From Octopus sinensis (taxonomy: Eukaryota): 64,000 bases of DNA. Below are positions 54,870 to 64,000 of the stretch, one piece after another; within the stretch, counting starts at the first letter, position 1, and each line of letters begins with the position of its first letter. Where the stretch lies: the NCBI RefSeq assembly GCF_006345805.1, contig NC_043006.1, forward strand, positions 78,306,001 through 78,370,000. Direction: 5' to 3'. The notes under the pieces were generated by a model, which was given only the letters and a program-made list of their open reading frames with translations, did no database searches and had not been told where the DNA came from. The position numbers and the translations under genes were made by a program.

Positions 54870-54990
54870 ATAGTTATTCTTCTTCGATCCAGTGTAGCCG
54901 AATTGTTTACTGGTTCAAGATTTTATAAGCTTGTTGACAGATGGAATGAAATTTTAGAAAACAATGGAAACTATGTTAACGAATAGATAT
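54870..54990 (+). mobile_element. Mariner-type transposase 3' fragment (intronic, antisense to the host gene)
   Basis: FYKLVDRWNEILENNGNYVNE* matches the mariner C-terminal LxxRWxxxxxNNGxY pattern. Confidence 0.6.
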
Positions 54991-55690
54991 TGCCTGAATC
55001 ATGGGCATTTTCATTTTTAATAGAGACCTTATGTATGTATGTATGTATGTATGTATGTATGTATGTATGTATGTATGTATGTATGTATGCATGTATATGT
55101 ACAATGGTGCATAAATCTACTTGTGTATAGGCACAAGAAAAAGGCAAAAGAAATACAGAAATTATTTTACCATTTTTTGTTTGTTTGCTAGGAAATAATG
55201 ATCTCTGGGTAGATCTGTTGTTCATAGATTCTGATTCATCTGAAATTAAAAAAGAAATAGATAAAACTACTTTTAAGATCAGAAATTACCCTACTAATAT
55301 TTTCTTTTAAGTTTTTCTCCGTTCAATTTTTATTGTTGAGGAGATAAAAACTTACAATGAAAGCTTCACGTTTCCTTTAATGTCAATTACTTTCCTTTAC
55401 CTTACATCATTCGTACATTCGTGCAGGAAAATGCTATTAATCTCTAGTAGCTACGTTTGACATTAAAATTTTCAAAGGCTAAATAAATAAAATTATACTG
55501 CGAGAACATTTTGATAGTGAAAATGGGCTCTGAATTTGTGAATTTGTAACTGGGGCATCTCTCAAATTACGGAAGAGTCAGAGGGTGATGTTCTGTTTCC
55601 TGGAAGTAATATCTTAACTCACAATGATTTAATTTATGTATTTATAAATATGTATCACGTCACGATCCAATTCAAAATAATAAATAAAAT

Positions 55691-55940
55691 AAATGCGCCC
55701 TTTTAAAATCTAGCCAGGTTCATGGGCCGGGTTTCCTGGTTTCTATGGCGTATGTGTTACCAAGCTGGACGGGATGCCAGTCCATCGCAGCGTTACTCAT
55801 TTTTTCCAGCTGAGTGGACTAGAGCAACGTGAAATGAAGTGTTTTGCTCAAGAATACAACGCGTCGCCCGGTCCAGGAACCGAAACCACAATCTTACGAT
55901 CATGATGCTGACACCCTTACCACTAAGCCACGCGCCTCCA
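55691..55940 (-). mobile_element. SINE family C (intronic)
   Basis: Reverse-complement match to 8299-8550. A decayed copy lies at about 58545-58800 (+). Confidence 0.85.
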
Positions 55941-56112
55941 CCCAATTCAAAATGCTATATAGTAAAAAAAAAACTACCTTTAAGAGAAGCTAATATGTTG
56001 CCGTTAGAACTCAACCATTAACTTGTTTTGCAGTATTCAAATCTGGATCATTTTGTGAAGGACATTGAGAAATTTTCCATGCTTGTCTTCTGCTTGATAA
56101 ATGTATAATCGT

Positions 56113-56492
56113 GGAAGCGCAATGGCCCAGTGGTTAGGGCAGCGGACTCGCGGTCGTAGGATCGCGGTTTCGATTCCCAGACCGGGCGTTGAGTGTTTAT
56201 TGAGCGAAAACACCTAAAGCTCCACGAGGCTCCGGCAGGGATGGTGGTGATCCCTGCTGTACTCTTTCACCACAACTTTCTCTCACTCTTACTTCCTGTT
56301 TCTGTTGTACCTGTATTTCAAAGGGCCGGCCTTGTCACTCTCTTTGTCACGCTGAATATCCCCGAGAACTACGTTAAGAGTACACGTGTCTGTGGAGTGC
56401 TCAGCCACTTACACGTTAATTTCACGACCAGGCTGTTCCGTTGATCGGATCAACCGGAACCCTCGTCGTCGTAACCGACGGAGTGCTTCCAC
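56113..56492 (+). mobile_element. tRNA-derived SINE family D (intronic)
   Basis: GGAAGCGCAATGGCCCAGTGGTTAGG...GGTTTCGATTCCC head; GAGCGAAAACACCTAAAGCTCCACG body; tail ending ACCCTCGTCGTCGTAACCGACGGAGTG. Confidence 0.85.
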
Positions 56493-56619
56493 CAAATGTA
56501 TAATTTAATGAACTAAAAGGAATTTCTAATGAATTGAAATTAAATTTGGAATGATTACAAAATATTTTTTCGTGTGGGGCATGCAAGGAAATTCTAGAGT
56601 GAAAATTAAATGAACTTAC

Positions 56620-56661
56620 GAGAAGAGGAAGATTCAAATGGCCATCGCGAGACTTTATCCA
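56620..56661 (-). CDS. LDLR-family gene, short Ser-rich linker exon (phase 1-1)
   Basis: Acceptor aaattgtttcag, donor TC|GTAAGT, 42 nt. Reads (V)DKVSRWPFESSSS and joins in frame to both flanking exons, at the position of the O-linked sugar domain. Confidence 0.7.
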
Positions 56662-58066
56662 CTGAAACAATTTGTTACACAATTAAAGATCAGGTATTAA
56701 AATATATTTACTGAGAGAAACTTGTGTATGAAAAGAGTAGATTCAGTAAAAATCGAAGTAGGCGAGTTAAATGAAGTTTGCAAATTTGGATTCGTACGAA
56801 AGCCGTGGGAAGCTGTAGCTATTGTGATTTAGGACAAAATTATTCGTAGGAAAGAAAAAATGAAATGTTTACCACAGCACTGAATAAACAGGTTCTCTCG
56901 GAACTTGTTTGTTTGAGAAGCACCAACATAATTCACATTTTGTTATTTAGTATTCGAACTGTTCCACCCTAGTAATGAACATTTTTTGCTGTAAAAAAAT
57001 CTTGTATATATGTCTGACATTGATCGAGTTATAATAAGGTTAATACAGTGAAATAAGTATTGATGAACAGTGTTTTAATACGTTTAAAATCTGCCGAGTC
57101 TGAAGAAAATGCCTTTAACGCACTCGTTAAAAAGATATGGCAGATAATGGCCGATGTGGAAGTTGTAAGTGCAATATTTGCGACTTGCGTGGATAATAAT
57201 ATGATTGTTGGGACCGATCTTGACAATAACTTTGTGGTAACACATTTACTAGAGTTAAGTGAATGTGTTAATTCAACTGAATTACTACTAATGAAGTTAA
57301 TACCACAATGCTGCTTTTTAAAGTAGTAAGAACTACATGTCATTCGTTCCCAGTGTTATGACGCAATACTGCTGATGGAATGCTTACAAGTTGGTATTAT
57401 GACTGTCTAGTCCTATGTCAGCCCTAATTGAACAGCCCTTTAATCAAAGATGTTCTAGCTATGATCATTTTGTTATTGATTCTGTCATTTATCCATAGTC
57501 ACACTATCTAACTTGTCCTTTCTTTTAAAACCATCCAGGTGTTATTTGAAGTAGATTTGGTTCTTGTTTCTAGAACACTTTGTGACCATGTAGAAGCTCC
57601 TTTGTTGCCTTACGTGGAAACCTACATTCTGTTGAGTCATACAAGCTGTAAGATAAATATTAACCATTTGCCTGTTCAAAGCATTTTCATGTTTCTCCTA
57701 AACGTCCATCTTTAACTTCAAACTTTTAGTTAGCCTTTACTTTATACGATCTGGGCAATATAAAGCTTTCCTCTCATAAGTCCCAACTAACTATGGTCGT
57801 TAATAAACATTGAGAATGTATATCATATATGATGAATGGACGCTAAGGAAATAGGCCTAGTTTATCACATGACATATATAGGGATAGTAAGTTGTTAAAT
57901 AAACAGTAATACCTGTTATACTTGATATCTGGTGAGTTGTTGTATCTCTGTGTTTGTGCCTTCCTGCAAACGAACTATTATGCTCTGAAACTAAAAAGTG
58001 TATAATGCATTATATGATTTGATAAAAGTGACATAAGAAACGAAGATGGCAGAAGCTCGAACAGAA

Positions 58067-58430
58067 TCTCTATATATATAAACGGCAAAATATCTGTTTG
58101 TGTATCCTTTATACAAATCCACAATTTTTCAGTTAGAGGGCTCGCACTTTCTATGGTCATTCAAAACCGTTCAAGGGTGGTCGTGCATATCTTTACATTT
58201 CCCCAGTTATCCCGTAAAGCCATTAAAAAATCAATAGAAGTGACTTTTTTGTGAATTTTCTATCCAAAACCCAATCAAAATGCCCGAAACTTGATAAGCC
58301 AATTGAATACCAGCTAGCTGTATGTGATTGGTCGGAGATTTGGACAGTACTCGCGTGTATGTGCGCACGCACGCAGCTGTACATGCATGCACTAGCACTA
58401 TGACCCGGCGTTGTCGGGTCATAGTGCTAG
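58067..58430 (+). mobile_element. Non-autonomous Helitron (intronic)
   Basis: A|TCTCTATATATATAAA start, subterminal hairpin ACTAGCACTATGACCCGGC-GTT-GTCGGGTCATAGTGCTAGT, CTAG|T end. Confidence 0.8.
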
Positions 58431-59050
58431 TTCATTAATATTTGCTTCTCTCCTCCCAGATCTTACATGAAATATTGCGTTTATCAACACAGCCACTCAC
58501 CATTGCTTACACAGTAAATAGGTATCAATAATATATTCAGTTAAAGGCGTGTAACCTAGTGGTTAGGGTGTTACACTCAGGATCGTAAGATTATGGTTTC
58601 AATTCCCGGACCGGGCAGCGGGTTGTATTCTTGAGCAAAACACTTCATTTCATGTTGCTCCAATTCACTCTGTTGTAAATGAGTGACCCTGTGGCAAACT
58701 GATATCCCATTCGGGAAGCATTATTTTAACTGAGGTCCCTTATACGCTATGGAAATCGGATAACCGTCTCTATGTGTCCTAGGACTCGAGACAATACTTA
58801 TTCACGTTTCTAATATATTCTGATCGATTCAGTTGTTGATACCAGTAATCCGCGATGAAAAATGGCGTTGAGGTTTATTAACAAATTACATACATGACTT
58901 GATAATTTTTATATTATATATATATATATATATTGGCATGCTCGCTTAGCCAGCGGGTTGGTGTCATTTGAAGGGTAAAACAATTGGAAGTGCATTGTGA
59001 CTAGCGATGTGTAGCAACATCTGATAGCCTGGTCAGTCACGGTGATCACG

Positions 59051-59109
<59 letters not shown>

Positions 59110-59110
59110 G

Positions 59111-59212
<102 letters not shown>

Positions 59213-59474
59213 TATATATACATATGCATTTGATTCCACACAGCGCCTATGCGTCAGATCACTCGGCCAGTGGCTATAGTAGAAGACACGCGCTTAAGGT
59301 AACGCTCAGTGTAACTGAACACAAAACCACGTGATTCGAAAGCGAGCTTTTCGACCTTACAGCCACATCTACGCCTACAAATAGCAAAATATTATTGTTT
59401 AGTAAATATATTATTATTATTATTATTTATGTAATAAATCAAGAAATTCACAAGTAACACATATAGCGACAAAC

Positions 59475-59621
59475 CTTCATCCACCACACAGTTATGCCCG
59501 TCGCTTGAGAGTACCAGATGGTCTGGACAAGCACAGATCCATGGATCTTTGATTTCGTAAATAGTTCTTGGACTTGGTAAACAGAAGTGACTGCACGATT
59601 CACTGGAACAGGGGCTGACTT
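59475..59621 (-). CDS. LDL-receptor-family gene, EGF-C exon (internal, phase 1-1)
   Basis: Acceptor tttcgtttttccaatttcag, donor AAG|GTTTGT, 147 nt, open. Translates to VSPCSSESCSHFCLPSPRTIYEIKDPWICACPDHLVLSSDGHNCVVDE. The six-Cys spacing and CxxxCLPxP...CACP...DGxxC pattern match the EGF-C module that follows the YWTD propeller in LDLR/VLDLR/LpR/VgR. Confidence 0.9.
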
Positions 59622-60148
59622 CTGAAATTGGAAAAACGAAATATACTTTAATCTATATAATCTCTGTAGCATAGCAAGACAGAGTGGCGAGCGGGACAGT
59701 CTGACCCATGCTAAGCTATTTGAGATTGTTGTAGAAATAGGTAAAGTCTGTATGCGCCTCCAGTGGGCGGTAGGAAATAAAATCAGGAGCTGCCCCGGAT
59801 GCACACACTCTAGCTATACCACTATATAATAAATCATTGATCACTTTCTTTTTCTGTCGAAGTTATTGCTTCATATCGGTTGGGGACATGACCAATTGTT
59901 ATACATAATAGACTAAAACGGTTTTAGTATATTATCGATGTATGCTCTTTGATTTTGGTACGGAGAAATACCTCACGGTGAAGTATTACCTTCAGATTTC
60001 AATAGTCAATGATCTTTTTGTCGACTCTGCGTTTATCGAAGGTTTTATGCCTGTTTGTTGGTGTGCGGTGCGGATCAGTTTCAGTATATACACATATATG
60101 CACATATATCTGCATACACTCACTCACGTGTGGGAGAGAGCGCATATG

Positions 60149-60181
<33 letters not shown>

Positions 60182-60501
60182 CACTCAGAAGTAAATAGAC
60201 ACCCTCAATATCGTTAACATTTATTTAAATCAGGAATAAATTAAAATTTTTCTTAATTATTATAATGTGACACTCTAATATTTAGAATATGGAATAACTA
60301 TAGTATTTTTTAAACTTTTATGTTCAAAAACTAAATTAGTTATTCAATGACGCCGCTGTTGGTTGAATGAACGATTGTCTTAAGTTGAATTTAATTTTGG
60401 CCGTACTTTTTGTCTCACGTTTATTAACATAACAGCTAAAATTTTGATAATGCTGCGCTGACATAGGTTTTCGAAGATATTATTATTTTAGTAATATTGT
60501 A

Positions 60502-60547
<46 letters not shown>

Positions 60548-60601
60548 ATAAAAAGGGAGAGAGATATAATCAGAGAGACAGATGGATAGATAGACAGACA
60601 G

Positions 60602-60638
<37 letters not shown>

Positions 60639-60664
60639 ATATTATATATATATATATACATATT

Positions 60665-60767
60665 TATACGTGTACGTATATGTTGACGCAATTGACACAA
60701 TTATTGGATTTTTAAGGTGGGATGTAAAATAAGGTATGATTTTCTATGGACATCTTAGTTGCTGTTA

Positions 60768-60830
<63 letters not shown>

Positions 60831-60832
60831 GT

Positions 60833-60913
<81 letters not shown>

Positions 60914-61122
60914 AAGAATAGTGTACATTTAAACACAAGAAAAAACTACTTTTAACAGGAATTTTTACACGCTAGAAGAAGTTGTCAAATCGACCAAAAC
61001 CACATTTAAGACCAATTTTAGAAAGGAAGGAAAAATAAAAAAAACTATAAATAGTATATATATATGTGTGTGTATGTGTGTGTGTGTATGTATACAATAT
61101 TAACGTTCATACAATGTGTATG

Positions 61123-61160
<38 letters not shown>

Positions 61161-61187
61161 CACATTGTACGAACGTTAATATTGTAT

Positions 61188-61224
<37 letters not shown>

Positions 61225-61362
61225 CTATTTATAGTTTTTTTTATTTTTCCTTCCCTTCTAAAATTGGTCTTAAATGTGGTTTTGGTCGATTTGACAACTT
61301 CTAGCGTGTAAAAATTCCTGTTAAAAGTAGTTTTTTCTTGTGTTTATATGTACACTATTCTT

Positions 61363-61399
<37 letters not shown>

Positions 61400-61400
61400 C

Positions 61401-61432
<32 letters not shown>

Positions 61433-61599
61433 AAGAGAGAGAGTGAGAGAGAGAGAGAGTAAGAGAGAGAGAGAGAGTGAGAGAGAGAGAGAGAGAGAAC
61501 AGCAACTAAGATGTACATAGAAAATCATAACTTTTTTTTATATCCCACCTTAAAAATCCAATAATTGTGTCATTGCATCAAACATTACGTACACGTATA
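60665..61599. repeat. ~935-bp imperfect palindrome centred on (TA)n
   Basis: Arms mirror unique sequence and microsatellites, e.g. GACACAATTATTGGATTTTTAAGGTGGGAT, and GTTGTCAAATCGACCAAAACCACATTTAAGACCAATTTTAG versus its reverse complement at about 61258-61300. Centre at about 61125-61155. Confidence 0.9.
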
Positions 61600-61610
61600 T
61601 ATATATATAT

Positions 61611-61708
61611 AATTGATCAAAATAAAAACATGATGCGAAGGATTCAGCGGTACATATGTTTCGGGCCTTTATATGTACCGCTGAATCCTTCGCATCATGT
61701 TTTTTATT
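61611..61708. repeat. Near-perfect 98-bp hairpin
   Basis: Arms of about 42-47 bp, AATTGATCAAAATAAAAACATGATGCGAAGGATTCAGCGGTACATAT and its complement (one indel); loop GTTTCGGGCCTTT. Confidence 0.9.
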
Positions 61709-62196
61709 TTGATCAATTTACTCCACCACCTACACCACCAAACGGTATACAGGTGCTTATAAATTATCAAGTACTCACCCCGAATTTCTATATATATAAT
61801 ATATATATATTATATATCTATAGAGAGAGGAGAGAGAGAGAGAAGAGAGAAAGAGTGATAGACAGATAGATAGTTGTATTTATATAATATAAGTATTATT
61901 GAAATCGATGTCAAACGTTACGCAAGTGAAATCCGCTTTGAGCACCGACTGTGAAGCTGACTCGGCGCACACAGCAACATGTCAAATATCTATTTACGTA
62001 TATTTGACACATTGATTTATATTCTGACGCTTTGTTGACGCATGGCACGTCAATAGTGCATTTTGCTTTTATATGTCTCTGCAATGGACCGTTGAAAATC
62101 GAGCCAGGCTTTTCATTCAAGGCATATCAAGGATAACTATTAGTTATGCAACGTCTGGTATATATATATATATTCATGTGTATATATACATATACA

Positions 62197-62236
<40 letters not shown>

Positions 62237-63292
62237 CAAGGGTTGGACAAAATGATGGCAACACCTAGCATCATAGCATCATAATTTTGAAGTATCTATA
62301 AAACAATCAAGAACATGTTCATTTCTATGTTTTTTTTATTTATTATTAGTGTTGCTTAATATGCTTTGCTAAAATTGCTATTTCTTTTCACATATCATCT
62401 GAAAAAGGTATTAAAATTCATTAAAATGACAGAACTATCGGACTTTCAAAGAGGTTAAATTATTGGTGCTTGTATGGTAGGCGTTAGAGTAAAGAAAACA
62501 ACCGAAATGTTTGGTGTCTCAAGATGTACTGTCTCGGAAGTAATGACAGCCTGTGAGAAATAGGGAAAAACTTCCTCGTCGAAAGAAAACTCCGGAAGAA
62601 AACCAAAAACTTTCAGATAGGGACCGTCGGACTCTTACGCGAATTGTTAGAAAAGATCACAAAATTACAGCTCCCGAAATTACTGCAGAGCTTAATAACC
62701 ACCTCGAGAACCCAGTTTCCACAAAAACTCTTCGCCGTGAGCTGCACGAAGCCGAATTTCACGGGAGAGCTGCAATCAGAAAAGCACTACTTTCAAAATC
62801 AAACGTTGCAAAGCGTTTAGAGTGGAGTAAAAACCTTCAAAATTTGTCCCTAGAGTTGTGGAAGAATGTTATTACTCGGACGAGTCATTCTTTACCTTAT
62901 TTCCGACCACTGGCCGAGTGTACGTGTGGAGACATCCAAAAGAAGCATTTAACCCAGACTGCCTTCTTCCAAATGCGTGAAAAACATGGAGGAGGATCTG
63001 TGATGAACTGGGGTGGATGCTATATCTTGCAAATCCGCCAGACCAATGTTTCCCGTTATGGCTGAATTGATAGTCAATACGATTTAAGCATTTTATGTGA
63101 TCAAATTTATCCTATGATTGCAGAACGGATTCCAGGGGAAAATGCAATCATTCAGGATGATAATGCACCAATTCAGACAGCTAAAATTGTTACTGAATGG
63201 CACGAGCAACATTCTAGTGAAGTTGAACATCTTATCTGGCCACCACAGTCCCCAGATCTCATTATTATTGAACATTTATGGTGCATTTTAGA
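62237..63292 (+). mobile_element. Second copy of the same Tc1-like family, left TIR retained, 3'-truncated
   Basis: TA|CAAGGGTTGGACAAAATGATGGCAACACC is the complement of the right TIR of the 34.9-kb copy. QDDNAPIQT...WPPQSPDLIIIEH with D at 63159 and E at 63270. Confidence 0.9.
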
Positions 63293-63504
63293 TAGGTGAG
63301 TAGTCAATTGCGTTACTGAAAGTCATCAATACTTATTAGTGTGAGTCTGGTGAGTCAGTTTAGGGGTAGATATAGTCAAAATATATGAAGGGTTTCTTCT
63401 GAAGATTGCGGCATTACATAATGAATTCGCTACGTATAGGCACAAGGAATTTGAACTCAGTAAGTAGCGACGGGCGAAATACCGCTAATCATTTCCTCAA
63501 GCGT

Positions 63505-63740
63505 GTTTTAGCCTTCAAATGACACCAACCCCGCTGGCTAACCGAGCAGGCCAACAAATGAAAGAGTGAGAAAGTTGTGGCGAAAGAGTACAGCAGGGAT
63601 CGTCACCACCCCCTGCCGGAGATCGTGGCGCTTTAGGTGTTTTCGCTCAATAAACACTCACAGCGCCCGGTCTGGGAATCGAAACCGTGATCCTACGAGC
63701 GCGAGTCCGCTGCCCTAACCACTGGCCTACTGCGCCTCCA
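63505..63740 (-). mobile_element. SINE family D head/body with a third tail type
   Basis: The tail GCTCGGTTAGCCAGCGGGGTTGGTGTCATTTGAAGG also occurs headless at about 58935-59055. Confidence 0.8.
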
Positions 63741-63751
63741 TACACACACAG

Positions 63752-63813
<62 letters not shown>

Positions 63814-64000
63814 ACATACATATACATATGCATACATACATACATATATATACATACATACATACATACATACATACATACATACATACATACATACATA
63901 CATACATACATACATAACATACATATATGTATGTATGTATGTATGTATGTATATGAATGTAAGGACTCAATGTGGTCAAGGCTGCGTGGCGTTTGATTAT

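Noticed and set aside
57029-57343. Overlapping ORFs on both strands in the LDLR intron
   Set aside because: No recognisable domain and no compatible splice sites found.
57612-57646. 32-nt exon-like segment on the minus strand (cttacag|...|gtaagg) inside the LDLR intron
   Set aside because: Not phase-compatible; inclusion shifts the frame and causes a stop in the TM exon.

Overview
AT-rich, repeat-dense eukaryotic DNA, very likely from an octopus or other coleoid cephalopod. That assignment is inferred from the SINE families and the density of (TA)n/(CA)n microsatellites; I could not run a database search. The only well-supported host gene is missed by the ORF track. It is the 3' end of a minus-strand LDL-receptor-family gene in four frame-compatible exons: EGF-C (59475-59621), a short Ser-rich linker (56620-56661), a transmembrane exon (54694-54787) and a cytoplasmic tail with NPHY and the stop (53144-53300). 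The rest is mobile DNA. It includes a 5'-truncated Neptune-type Penelope-like retroelement (RT plus C-terminal GIY-YIG) in (TA)n, and four hammerhead-ribozyme motifs. One of these has a fully intact minimal core; another has an unusually long stem II. There are also two decayed Tc1-like transposons with a DD36E catalytic spacing, an internally deleted pogo-like element, mariner fragments, two non-autonomous Helitrons, a piggyBac-type MITE and about four tRNA-derived SINE families with shuffled modules. Several fold-back palindromes lie next to (TA)n tracts, including a ~935-bp palindrome upstream of the EGF exon, probably intronic. Most ORFs in the supplied track are microsatellite artefacts.
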